A stretch of DNA of 64,000 nucleotides from Terriglobia bacterium (GTDB lineage Bacteria; Acidobacteriota; Terriglobia; JAIQFV01), in assembly GCA_020073085.1 (NCBI GenBank), contig JAIQFV010000007.1:120375-184374 (forward strand). The letters run 5' to 3'. A model generated the notes under the pieces. That model was given only the letters and a program-made list of their open reading frames with translations. It was not told the DNA's origin and searched no databases. Positions 47,639-57,026 of the stretch are shown piece after piece (the stretch's first letter is position 1; every line of letters begins with the position of its first letter). The position numbers were made by a program, and so were the translations under genes.

Positions 47639-48844
47639 TCACCGGGCCGCCGCGGCCGCCTTGACGGCTTGCTTCCTGCCCGCACGATACTCCACCCACC
47701 CCAAGACAATAGGGGCCGCAATGGCGATGGAGGAGTATGTCCCAATCAAGATGCCCACCACGAGGCAGAATGCAAAACCGTGAATCACTTCCCCTCCAAA
47801 CAGGAACAACGACATCACCGTCAGGAAGGTCAGCCCGGAGGTCAGAATCGTCCGGCTCAGCGTCTGATTAATCGACAGATTGACAATCCGCGCCAGCGGC
47901 TCGCGCCTCATGAGTTTCACGTTTTCACGGATCCGGTCAAAAACCACGATGGTGTCGTTCATGGAATAGCCAATCAGGGTCAAGAACCCCGCGATCACCG
48001 TCAGGGTAATTTCCTTGTTAAACAGGGAAAAGAACCCGATGGTGATGATGACATCATGAAATGTTGCAATGACTGCGGCCACCCCATAAATGGTTTCAAA
48101 CCGGAATGCAATATAGATCAGCATTCCTGCCAAGGCGTACAAGGAAGCCTGTAATGCTTGCCGTCGCAGGTCCTTGCCTACCTTGGGACCCACCACCTCC
48201 GAGTTCTTGATGGCGTAGTCAGAAAGGTAGAAGCTGTTGCTGAGGACCCCGGCCAGTTCCCTGGTGATGCCGGCTCCTGCCACCAGCTCATCCACCGAAG
48301 CAATCAACCCGCCATGCAAATCCCGGTACTTGACGATCCGATCAGCCGCATCCTTATAAAAATCTTGCGCCTGGGTCTGTCCCTTGGAAGGCGCCAGCTT
48401 CAGCGGATCCAGGGCGATCATCCGGTCGGCGAAGGTGGCCGGTCCCACATTGTTCAAATCCAGCTTACCTTCTCCCGCGGCAGTACTCGGGTAAACCACT
48501 TTCAAAGTCGCCAGTATGTCCTGCCTGCCGGTATCGAGATCCTGTTGAGACTCACCCGAGAGGTCGAGTCCAATCATTACCTCATGGTTTGATTGCAAGC
48601 CGAACTGCTGTATCGAATTCTCTCCCGACACCCGCCTTTTCAATTCAGCACGGATACGTTCGATGGGCGGCTTATCCTTGAATTTGACATAGACATTTGT
48701 TCCGCCCCGAAAATCGATGCCGTACCGGGGGCCGCCCTTCGCGATGAGGGAAATGATCCCGGCCACACTCAAGACCAACGAGAGACCGATCAAGACCCAC
48801 TTGTACTTGAGAAAATCAAAATTTGGATTATGAAAAAATTCCAT
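47639..48844 (-). CDS. secF: Protein translocase subunit SecF (with N-terminal/periplasmic extension)
   Basis: GIDFRGGT motif and a 6-TM C-terminal SecD/SecF domain. Confidence 0.9.
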   Translation of the reverse strand: MEFFHNPNFDFLKYKWVLIGLSLVLSVAGIISLIAKGGPRYGIDFRGGTNVYVKFKDKPPIERIRAELKRRVSGENSIQQFGLQSNHEVMIGLDLSGESQQDLDTGRQDILATLKVVYPSTAAGEGKLDLNNVGPATFADRMIALDPLKLAPSKGQTQAQDFYKDAADRIVKYRDLHGGLIASVDELVAGAGITRELAGVLSNSFYLSDYAIKNSEVVGPKVGKDLRRQALQASLYALAGMLIYIAFRFETIYGVAAVIATFHDVIITIGFFSLFNKEITLTVIAGFLTLIGYSMNDTIVVFDRIRENVKLMRREPLARIVNLSINQTLSRTILTSGLTFLTVMSLFLFGGEVIHGFAFCLVVGILIGTYSSIAIAAPIVLGWVEYRAGRKQAVKAAAAAR

Positions 48845-48951
48845 CGAGCCTGAGACTCCTTCGCCGGTCGAGCTTCCAAACTTCGATCATCTCACTGAAT
48901 ATAGACACCGATCGAAATCTGGAAGTTCCAAAATTTTCAAAGATTAAGAAT

Positions 48952-50568
48952 CTAAATACTCAAAGTGGCACTGCGCGGCTGGTTACTGACATGCCAGTCA
49001 AAAATCAATCGGGACACATAAACTGCCGTAAAAACGTTTGCGGCCAGACCAACGGTAAGGGTCACGGCGAATCCCTTGACCGGGCCGGTCCCGAACAGAA
49101 ACAGGAAAAGAGCAGAAACAATGGTAGTTACATGGGTATCGATGATCGTCCGAAATGCGTTGGAAAAGCCGCGATCGATGGCGGAAACCACGTTCTTTCC
49201 CAAGCGGAGCTCCTCACGGATCCGTTCAAAAACAAGAACATTCGAGTCCACCGCCATACCGATGGTCAAAATAACTCCTGCGATCCCGGGCAGGGTCAGG
49301 GTCGCCCCAAAATAAGCCAGGGCGGCAAGAAGGATAATCAGATTGAAGAGCAAAGCTGTCACCGCGTTCACACCAGATAACTTGTAATAAATCACCATGA
49401 AGACCACCACCATGGCAAGCCCCACGATCGAGGCCAGGATACCCTCGCGGATAGAATCGTTGCCGAGTGATGGTCCAACTGTGACTTTTTGCAGGTACTT
49501 GAGGCTTGCCGGCAGAGCTCCGGAACGAAGCACCAAGGCCAACTCCTCAGCCTGGACCTGGCTGAAGTTGCCGGTAATCTGACCCGAATCGCTAATCTGG
49601 CTTTGAATCTCAGGAGCGGATTGAATCTTGTGGTCAAGAACAATGGCAAGCTGTTTGTGGAGGTTTTGCTGGGTGACTTGAGAGAATCGAACCGCCCCGG
49701 CATTGTTGAGGGTGAATCCCACTGCGGGCCGGCCATTTTCGTCCAGTTGGGGTCGGGCTCCCTTCAAATCGCGGCCCGTGATCGAGGCCACGCGGTCGAC
49801 GAAGTACCATTGTTCTGTGGAAGGCTGGCCGGGTGCAGATTTCTCCACTGATTTCAAGAGTTCCAAATCGGGGGGGACCGTGTTTCCGTGACCCGCCAAA
49901 GCGGCTTGTTGAGTCGGGAAGGGACCATCCTTGACGATTTTCAATTCCAGGATCGCGGGTTGGCCGATCACGCGGTCGACCTTTTCGGGATCATCCATCC
50001 CAGGCAGTTGTACCAGAACTTCATATGAACCTGCAGACCGTTCTTGAATGACGGGTTCGGTGACTCCCAAGGCATCGATCCGGTTGCGAAGCGTCTGGAC
50101 CGTCTGCTTTACGGCTTCCGTGCGCAACTCGGATTCCACCGACGGCTTCATCCCCAGGGTAAAGCCACTGACATCGCCCGCCAATGAAGAGAGGTCCCAC
50201 GAGCCGGTAAACTTGTCGTTGAACATCTCCCGGAAATCGGCGGCACGCGAAGAATCAATCCCCCGGACCTCGACGTGGTCCAGATCGCGCTTTCGCAGGT
50301 CGGCCGAGGTGATTTGCCGGTTCAACAGTTCCGTCCGAATCAATTCAATGGTCTGATCCGTCTCAGCATTGATCGCATCATCCGTCATGACCTGGATGAT
50401 GAGATAAGTGCCCCCTTTCAGATCCAGGCCGAGCTGAATGCGCTCGGAGAAATTCTGCTTAATCGCGCTCCATGACCCCGGGACGTGGGGATACCCAATA
50501 AAGCCATAGAGGCAGCCGATAATGATCAAGCCGTAAATAAGGGCTTTCCATTTCAAATTCTTGTCCAT
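48952..50568 (-). CDS. secD: Protein translocase subunit SecD
   Basis: LGLDLKGGTYL motif, a large periplasmic domain and a 6-TM C-terminus. Confidence 0.9.
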   Translation of the reverse strand: MDKNLKWKALIYGLIIIGCLYGFIGYPHVPGSWSAIKQNFSERIQLGLDLKGGTYLIIQVMTDDAINAETDQTIELIRTELLNRQITSADLRKRDLDHVEVRGIDSSRAADFREMFNDKFTGSWDLSSLAGDVSGFTLGMKPSVESELRTEAVKQTVQTLRNRIDALGVTEPVIQERSAGSYEVLVQLPGMDDPEKVDRVIGQPAILELKIVKDGPFPTQQAALAGHGNTVPPDLELLKSVEKSAPGQPSTEQWYFVDRVASITGRDLKGARPQLDENGRPAVGFTLNNAGAVRFSQVTQQNLHKQLAIVLDHKIQSAPEIQSQISDSGQITGNFSQVQAEELALVLRSGALPASLKYLQKVTVGPSLGNDSIREGILASIVGLAMVVVFMVIYYKLSGVNAVTALLFNLIILLAALAYFGATLTLPGIAGVILTIGMAVDSNVLVFERIREELRLGKNVVSAIDRGFSNAFRTIIDTHVTTIVSALFLFLFGTGPVKGFAVTLTVGLAANVFTAVYVSRLIFDWHVSNQPRSATLSI

Positions 50569-50733
50569 GGGGCAATTCTACCTTCCCTTAACAATCTCTC
50601 GAAGTTCAACCTCTGACTTGCTTTGTCCTTCTGTAAACACAACTCCGCCGTTTTTGACTTCGGCTGTCTTGCGAGTCGGAGGGGGTCACTCGTGAAGTCT
50701 GCCACCCGGTGCTGTGGACCTTCCACTGTCCCA

Positions 50734-51057
50734 CTACGACTCTTTGGCATCCTCGGGAGATTGCATGCCCACGACCGCACTCTTGAGCATGCGCACTTTG
50801 ACCTGATCGGCCACGCGAAGCGACACCGTGCTATCGTCCAGGCTCACAATGGTCCCGAGCATTCCGCCCGAAGTGACCACCTTATCGCCCGACTTGAGGT
50901 TTGTGAGCATTTCGCGGGTTTTCTTTTGTCGTCGCTGCGCGGGAAGGATGAGGAGGAAATAGAAAATAAAGCCAATTGCGATCAGTGGAAGAAAACCGAC
51001 TAGCGTAGAACTGCCCCCTGACGCCTGGGCCAGTAAATTCAAGGTCGCACTACTCAA
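50734..51057 (-). CDS. yajC: Preprotein translocase subunit YajC
   Basis: Single TM helix followed by RRQKKTREMLTNLKSGDKVVTSGGMLGTIVSL. Confidence 0.9.
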   Translation of the reverse strand: MSSATLNLLAQASGGSSTLVGFLPLIAIGFIFYFLLILPAQRRQKKTREMLTNLKSGDKVVTSGGMLGTIVSLDDSTVSLRVADQVKVRMLKSAVVGMQSPEDAKES

Positions 51058-51189
51058 TGGGCATTCCTCAAATCAGATGGGTGTTGGGATTTCAAACAGG
51101 ACTGTTTCGGGTCGTGTGCGGGCAATGCGCTTCGCAGCCAATCCCTGGGCGGAACCTGTCGTCTCCCCCGAAACGGAAACAGCGGAACC

Positions 51190-52335
51190 TCAATCCGATG
51201 TTCCTGATTGTCTCCACTCCGACAGGAATTTCATCGCAAACTCTGCGAAGCGAGAAGACGCAATAGATTGCCTGATTCGCTCCATAGTGTCAAGATAAAA
51301 GTAGAGGTTATGGTAGGTGTTGAGGACCGCGGAGAGCACTTCATTTTGATGAAACAGGTGGCGCAAATAGGCCCGAGAATATCTTTTGCAGACGAAGCAC
51401 TCACACCGGTCATCGATCGGCTTTTCGCTCTCTTTATGAACCTCATTCTTGATGACAATATGCCCGTCGTGGGTGAACAGCCATCCGTTCCGGGCATTCC
51501 GCGTGGGAAGGACACAATCGAACATATCAATGCCACGGCGGACGCCCTCGACCAAGTCGGCCGGAGTCCCCACCCCCATCAGGTACCGGGGGCGGTCCGA
51601 CGGCAGCAGCGGAGCAGTGGCCTCGACCATTTCAAACATCTTCTCTTTTGATTCTCCGACGCTGAGCCCCCCGAGGGCGTATCCGGGGAATTCCATTGCG
51701 AGCAAGTGGTCCACGCAATCCTTGCGCAAATCGGCATAAACGCTGCCTTGCACAATGCCGAACAGCGCCTGGTCTGCCCTCTCATCCGACCGCTGACGCT
51801 GCTCGAGGTAATTCTTGCATCGTTCCGCCCAACGCACCGTCATCAACATCGACTGGTTAGCATGTTCGTGAGAGCAGGGAAAGGGGGTGCAGTCATCAAA
51901 ACACATGATGATGTCGGCGCCGAGGTTCATCTGGACTTCCACGGAACGCTCCGGCGAAAAGAAATGCGAAGAGCCGTCATAATGGGACCGGAAACGAACT
52001 CCCTCTTCCGTGATTTCACGCAAGTCGCTCATGGAAAAAACCTGGAATCCCCCGCTGTCGGTCAGCAGGGCTCGCGGCCAGGAAATGAACCGGTGGAGGC
52101 CTCCTAACTGGCGGATGAGCTCGTCGCCGGGCCGCAGATACAGATGGTAGGTGTTGGCCAGAATGACCCGGACATCCAGGTCCTCGAGCTGTTCCTGCGT
52201 GAGCGACTTCACGGTCCCCGCCGTACCCACCGGCATGAACACGGGCGTCTCGATCTCCCCGTGAGGCGTGACAAGTCTCCCCAGGCGCGAGGCCCCGTCG
52301 GTATGAAGAATCTGAAACTGGAGGGGTGAAGTCAT
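51190..52335 (-). CDS. tgt: tRNA-guanine transglycosylase (queuine tRNA-ribosyltransferase)
   Basis: LTDSGGFQV, GGLSVGE, DCVLPTRNARNG and the zinc site CECFVCKRYSRAYLRHL. The tgt-yajC-secDF synteny supports the call. Confidence 0.95.
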   Translation of the reverse strand: MTSPLQFQILHTDGASRLGRLVTPHGEIETPVFMPVGTAGTVKSLTQEQLEDLDVRVILANTYHLYLRPGDELIRQLGGLHRFISWPRALLTDSGGFQVFSMSDLREITEEGVRFRSHYDGSSHFFSPERSVEVQMNLGADIIMCFDDCTPFPCSHEHANQSMLMTVRWAERCKNYLEQRQRSDERADQALFGIVQGSVYADLRKDCVDHLLAMEFPGYALGGLSVGESKEKMFEMVEATAPLLPSDRPRYLMGVGTPADLVEGVRRGIDMFDCVLPTRNARNGWLFTHDGHIVIKNEVHKESEKPIDDRCECFVCKRYSRAYLRHLFHQNEVLSAVLNTYHNLYFYLDTMERIRQSIASSRFAEFAMKFLSEWRQSGTSD

Positions 52336-52398
52336 GGGAGCGAGGATACTTGAGCCAAATCAAAGAAGGGCCACCCATCCGGGCGCCCGGCGTTCCAG

Positions 52399-52438
52399 AA
52401 AAAAGCGCCCCGACTCGCCGTCGCGAATCCAGAGCGCT
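52399..52438 (-). terminator. Possible rho-independent terminator downstream of the Yip1/ABC operon
   Basis: On the minus strand a GC-rich imperfect hairpin is followed by a U6 run (52399..52404). Confidence 0.35.
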
Positions 52439-52474
52439 CCCTCGGAATACAATTGTACACGAGCCGAGATAGTT

Positions 52475-53254
52475 CTATTTCCTTATCGCCGCCCATCCAA
52501 CCACACACGCGATCACGATAAGCCAGAGAATGATGATGGTCGTGAGCGACTTCTTAAAGGTCAGGTTCTTCGAGACCCCCGCGACACCCATCGCCAGCAC
52601 AACAAGGGACCAGATGGTAAAAATATCGATCGATTTCCCGAAGGCGTACAACGCCTTGTTGCTCGGATCGAATAAGATCGATAAATTGGACTGGACGACA
52701 TCGGCCGGGTTGCCAAACTCGGTGGGCTGTTTGACAAACAAAATGGGAATCGCGATGATCGACTTCAGCAGACTCGGCATGGAGGCATAGGCGTTCGCCG
52801 CAAATATCTTCTTAAACGTCGTCTCCGCCCCCATGATAAAACTGAATACAGCGAAAAGAACCCCCGAAACCACTACCAGAGCGAGGGGAACGACCACCAG
52901 GACCGAGACGTAACTGATGATAACACTGAACTTTAGTCCAGACTGCAGGGCTTCATCAGACGGCACCGGACGTCCCGATTTTTCAATCTGAGCCCGGATC
53001 AACTCAAGCATGTCCGCGTGGGATAGAAAGACATACGTGACGGCCAAGGCCACAAACACAATCAAAATCGCGGGCACAAGCCAGTCCGGCTTGCGGTTGA
53101 TGTCTTCAAAAGTGGCCTTCGGCGAGACGAACACCCCGATGATTCGCTCCAGGGGGCTCTTGGTTGGTTCCACTGAAACAGGTGATGTGCTGCCCGGCAT
53201 TTCCTGACTCATAGAACTCTCCTTTTGAGAATTGTGATTCACGGAACTCTTCAC
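52475..53254 (-). CDS. Yip1-domain family membrane protein
   Basis: 259 aa with five TM helices. The start overlaps the upstream ABC ATPase stop by 4 nt. Confidence 0.6.
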   Translation of the reverse strand: MKSSVNHNSQKESSMSQEMPGSTSPVSVEPTKSPLERIIGVFVSPKATFEDINRKPDWLVPAILIVFVALAVTYVFLSHADMLELIRAQIEKSGRPVPSDEALQSGLKFSVIISYVSVLVVVPLALVVVSGVLFAVFSFIMGAETTFKKIFAANAYASMPSLLKSIIAIPILFVKQPTEFGNPADVVQSNLSILFDPSNKALYAFGKSIDIFTIWSLVVLAMGVAGVSKNLTFKKSLTTIIILWLIVIACVVGWAAIRK

Positions 53255-54252
53255 TTAATTGCAAGTTGGGTGGCATCTTTGAATTTAAAGCAGGCCGACC
53301 AGTGGCTTGTCGAAATGGTTTCCCGGGGAGGCTCTGCCGCCGCACAGGCTGCATCGGCAATCGGGCAACGCGGATGAAATCGACAACCACTGGGAACTCT
53401 GACCGCGGAAGGTATCTCTCCCCGTAATACGAGCCGGCTCGATTTTGGTTTCGGGTCGGGTTCCGGGACGGCCGAGAGCAGGGCCCGTGTGTAAGGATGG
53501 GCGCTGCGGGTAAAGACCTCCTCGGTGGTTCCTTCTTCGACGATCTTCCCGAGATACATGACGGCGATCCGGTCACACAGGTGCGCCACCACCGGCAGGC
53601 TGTGAGAGATGAAGAGAAAGGTGAGTTGAAACTGGTCTCTCAAATCAGCCAGCAGATTGATGATTTGTGCCTGGACCGAGACATCCAGAGAGGAGACCGG
53701 CTCGTCGGCGACAACAAACTTCGGCTTGAGCGCAATGGCGCGCGCAATGGCAATGCGCTGCCGCTGCCCCCCGCTGAATTCGTGCGGAAAACGATCCAGC
53801 ACCTCCGGCTCAAATCCCACCGTCTCGAGCAACGACCTCAAGCGCCCTTCGATTTCCGTCTTCTTGCAGATACGATGGACAATGAAAGGCTCGGCCAGCG
53901 TGGTCCGAATGCGCAGGCGCGGATTGAGTGAGGAGTAAGGGTCCTGAAAGACAATCTGCATGGACCGGCGTTTTCGGCGGAGGCTCTCGCGATCGAGATG
54001 GAACAGATTCTCTTGATCGAAAATGACCTCCCCCGAGGTGGGCTCAATCAAACGCAACACAAGCCGACCCGTGGTCGATTTCCCGCATCCCGACTCCCCC
54101 ACCAGCCCCAAAACTCCTCCGCTCCGGATGAAGAAGTCGATGTCGTCGACCGCATGGACAAATTCCTTCCCCCTTCCGAAGAGCAGGCGATTGTCCGCAG
54201 GAAAGTATTTCTTTAGATGATTGACCTGGAGCAAGACGTTATTTTCTGCCAT
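53251..54252 (-). CDS. Oligopeptide/dipeptide-type ABC transporter ATP-binding protein (OppF/DppF-like)
   Basis: Walker A GESGCGKST, signature FSGGQRQR, Walker B VADEPVSSLD and the C-terminal oligopeptide-type extension. Confidence 0.9.
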   Translation of the reverse strand: MAENNVLLQVNHLKKYFPADNRLLFGRGKEFVHAVDDIDFFIRSGGVLGLVGESGCGKSTTGRLVLRLIEPTSGEVIFDQENLFHLDRESLRRKRRSMQIVFQDPYSSLNPRLRIRTTLAEPFIVHRICKKTEIEGRLRSLLETVGFEPEVLDRFPHEFSGGQRQRIAIARAIALKPKFVVADEPVSSLDVSVQAQIINLLADLRDQFQLTFLFISHSLPVVAHLCDRIAVMYLGKIVEEGTTEEVFTRSAHPYTRALLSAVPEPDPKPKSSRLVLRGEIPSAVRVPSGCRFHPRCPIADAACAAAEPPRETISTSHWSACFKFKDATQLAIK

Positions 54253-54395
54253 CGAGTTAGTCGTCGTGAATCATTCCGTTTGTTGCACTTCTGACAATCT
54301 GTTTTTGACTCACGCTGAGTCGCGAAGAAGCCAGAGGGTCAGCTCCGGCTCATCCTGGCCCCTGACACCCGACACCTGGCACCGGATCTCCTCGC

Positions 54396-54423
54396 TGCCC
54401 ACTGCCCACCGCCCACTGCCCAC
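54396..54423 (-). repeat. Four tandem heptamers GTGGGCR (G3-N4 x4, G-quadruplex-type motif on the mRNA-sense strand)
   Basis: The minus strand reads GTGGGCAGTGGGCGGTGGGCAGTGGGCA. It starts 5 nt after the stop of the OppD-like gene, within a 175-nt inter-cistronic gap. Confidence 0.8.
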
Positions 54424-54427
54424 TCTT

Positions 54428-55462
54428 CTACCGGCACAAGACACACCGCGCCCGATGTCCTTGTCCAACCGGATAGAGGGGGGGATCAAGCTCCTTACAT
54501 TCCTCCAATCGAACCGAGCATCGGGGCTCGAATTTGCAGCCCCGGGGCAGTGCCAGCAGATTCGGAACGGTCCCGGGAATAGCATCCAATTTCCGTGTCG
54601 GCAGCGTGCCCGGCCGGATCGTGGGGAGCGAGCGCAACAGCCCCTGCGTGTAAGGGTGACGCGGATTCGAGAAAATCTCCGACACGGGGGCCTGTTCCAC
54701 AATCTTCCCTGCATACATCACGGCCACATCATCCGCCACCGCGGCGATGACTCCCAAATCATGCGAGATGAAGAGCATTGAAAGGGCGAACCGCTCGCGC
54801 ATGGATCGAAGCAATTCCAGGATCTGCGCCTGGACCGTGACGTCCAGCGCCGTGGTGGGTTCGTCGGCGATCAACAGTTGAGGATGGCACACCAGGGCCA
54901 TCGCGATCATGACGCGCTGGCGCAACCCTCCGGAAAGCTGGTGCGGATACTCCCGGGCGCGACGAGCAGCATCGGGAATAGAAACGGCTTCCATGGCTCC
55001 GATGGCCTGGTCCCAAGCCTCACGGCGCCGCACCCTCGCATGGGCCCGTACAGTTTCTGCGATCTGCTCGCCCACCGTGAAGACCGGATCCAAGGCCGTC
55101 GAGGGCTCCTGAAACACCATAGCAATTTCAGCACCCCGGACCTTGCGCATCGCTCGCTCCGGGATCGAGAGCAACTCCACGGCCCGTGATGGCGCGCCTT
55201 CTGTGGATTCGGCGGCGTCGGAATCTCCCCCCAGCTTTCTGGAATGAAATAGAATCTTTCCACCCTCGATGCGCGCCGGCGGCTGCAACAATCGCAGAAT
55301 GGATAGAGCCGTTACCGTCTTGCCGCATCCCGATTCTCCCACCAGTCCGAGCGTCCGTTGGGCGGCGATTGTAAAGGACACGTCATCCACCGCCCGCACC
55401 GTTCCCTCCGGGGTGTCAAACACCGAGCGCAGATTTTCCACGGCAAGCAGATCGGAATTCAT
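54428..55462 (-). CDS. Oligopeptide/dipeptide-type ABC transporter ATP-binding protein (OppD/DppD-like)
   Basis: Walker A GESGCGKTV, signature LSGGLRQR and Walker B IADEPTTALD. Confidence 0.9.
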   Translation of the reverse strand: MNSDLLAVENLRSVFDTPEGTVRAVDDVSFTIAAQRTLGLVGESGCGKTVTALSILRLLQPPARIEGGKILFHSRKLGGDSDAAESTEGAPSRAVELLSIPERAMRKVRGAEIAMVFQEPSTALDPVFTVGEQIAETVRAHARVRRREAWDQAIGAMEAVSIPDAARRAREYPHQLSGGLRQRVMIAMALVCHPQLLIADEPTTALDVTVQAQILELLRSMRERFALSMLFISHDLGVIAAVADDVAVMYAGKIVEQAPVSEIFSNPRHPYTQGLLRSLPTIRPGTLPTRKLDAIPGTVPNLLALPRGCKFEPRCSVRLEECKELDPPLYPVGQGHRARCVLCR

Positions 55463-55619
55463 TCAATAATTGGAAGTATCCTGTCACCCCTTCGAGCGCA
55501 GGAGGCACGCGTTATCTTATCGCGAATTGGAAGCCCTGCAAGGGAAATCTCGCCAGCAATTGAATCCGGGATAGCTTATCAACCGAGTCTGTGCCGACAA
55601 GCGCAGGAAAGGATCCATC

Positions 55620-55734
55620 ATTAGGAGGCCAGGAATACAGGAAGGTGAAAACCTTAAATCAGAACAGAATTTGAGATCCCGCAGGGAAAGGAACTCTGTC
55701 GGCGTCCATTTTCATGGTTTCCTGGCTTCCTAAT
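55620..55734. repeat. 16-nt inverted repeat (one G-U/mismatch position) enclosing 83 nt
   Basis: ATTAGGAGGCCAGGAA (55620..55635) is complementary to TTCCTGGCTTCCTAAT (55719..55734). It lies in the divergent region between the ABC operon and nuoB. Confidence 0.7.
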
Positions 55735-55860
55735 AAATTCTGGTCTTGGTTCCGGCTTGTCTGGAGAATGGTAATCTCTTCTGCATTTCCCGTAGTTTTT
55801 CTGTCTTCATGAGTGAATCTTTGGTAGAATCACCCTTCACTCAGGAAAGAAAAAGAGGAA

Positions 55861-56412
55861 ATGGCAACAATAACAACGCAAGAAAAGAAAATCGTGCCCG
55901 CAGGAAATCCGTTTGTCGAGCAAAACACGGAGTTTGGGGCCGGGGTGGTCACCACTTCGTTTGACAAGGTGGTCAATTGGGCGCGCAAGTCCTCCATTTG
56001 GCCGATGACTTTCGGCCTGGCCTGTTGTGCAATCGAAATGATGGCGATGGGCGCATCCCGTTATGACATTGCACGATTTGGCGCCGAGGTCTTTCGCGGC
56101 TCACCACGACAATCGGACCTGATGATCGTGGCCGGCCGGGTCTCAAAGAAAATGGCACCGATCGTGCGCCAGCTGTATGATCAAATGCCGGAGCCCAAGT
56201 GGGTCATCTCCATGGGAGTGTGCGCCACAGCGGGCGGCATCTTCAACAATTACGCCATCGTGCAGGGAGTCAACCAGGTAGTGCCAGTGGATGTGTATAT
56301 CCCCGGCTGTCCTCCACGACCTGAACAGCTTATTTATGGCATCATGAAGTTGCAGGAAAAGATCGATCGCCAGCGAGGAAGCTTCAAAGGGGTTCTTCCT
56401 TTTGGGCAGTGA
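55861..56412 (+). CDS. nuoB: NADH-quinone oxidoreductase subunit B (NuoB-like, orphan)
   Basis: [18 protein letters not shown] and IPGCPPRPE are the N2 cluster ligand motifs. No nuoA or nuoC flanks it. Confidence 0.85.
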   Translation: MATITTQEKKIVPAGNPFVEQNTEFGAGVVTTSFDKVVNWARKSSIWPMTFGLACCAIEMMAMGASRYDIARFGAEVFRGSPRQSDLMIVAGRVSKKMAPIVRQLYDQMPEPKWVISMGVCATAGGIFNNYAIVQGVNQVVPVDVYIPGCPPRPEQLIYGIMKLQEKIDRQRGSFKGVLPFGQ

Positions 56413-56521
56413 GCCCCTCAGTTGATTGCTCAGGCCGTAGGCGCCGCGGCGACTCCTCGTTTATGGCTGCTCTCCCTTGTCCGATCTTAAGTAGAATCCC
56501 TCCTTCCGATCGATTCCCATC

Positions 56522-56530
56522 TGTTATAAT
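56522..56530 (+). promoter_or_regulatory. Candidate extended -10 promoter (TGtTATAAT) for the Bcp-type selenoprotein gene
   Basis: TGTTATAAT lies at 56522..56530. An AGGAGG RBS lies at about 56576, ahead of the ATG at 56589. Confidence 0.4.
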
Positions 56531-56588
56531 CCGTTCGCGTTCTCACTACCATTTCCAGTTCTGACCAGAAAACCCAGGAGGGATTTCT

Positions 56589-57026
56589 ATGCTGTCACCC
56601 GGAGAGAAGGCACCTGACTTCACTGTGAAGACCCATGAGGGAAAAGAAGTTTCGTTGAGCCAGTTTGGGGGGAGCAAAGTGGTCCTGTGGTTCTACCCCA
56701 AGGCGGACACCCCCGGTTGAACCAACGAAGGCAAAGGATTCCGTGACCGAATCCGAGAGTACGAAGCAAAAAACGTGAAGATCCTTGGCATCAGCTTTGA
56801 TACGGTCGAAGAGAACGCTGCATTTGCCAGGAAGTTTCAGTTTCCGTTCCCCCTCTTGTGTGACACTGACCGCAAGATCGGCCTGGCGTATGGAGCTTGC
56901 GAATCGCCCCAGGATGTATACGCCAAGCGGATTAGTTACGTGATCGGCGAAGATGGGAAAATTCTTCTGGCCTATCCGAAGGTCGATGCCGCGCGCCATC
57001 CCCAGGAAGTGCTGGAGAAGGTCTAG
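56589..57026 (+). CDS. Bcp/PrxQ-type peroxiredoxin, predicted selenoprotein (Sec at TGA 56718..56720)
   Basis: The ATG at 56589 gives MLSPGEKAPDFTVKTHEGKEVSLSQFGGSKVVLWFYPKADTPG-U-TNEGKGFRD, in frame with ORF 56775..57026. The TGA aligns with the peroxidatic Cys of the FYPKxxTPGCT motif. A hairpin follows. Confidence 0.85.
56736..56754 (+). promoter_or_regulatory. Candidate SECIS hairpin
   Basis: GGAUUC (56736..56741) pairs perfectly with GAAUCC (56749..56754). The loop is CGUGACC. The stem starts 15 nt after the UGA. Confidence 0.55.

Noticed and set aside
54396-54423. The possibility that the heptamer array, or the arrays at 58293..58340, are CRISPR repeats.
   Set aside because: The units are 7-21 nt and directly abut with no spacers. 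No cas genes are in the window.
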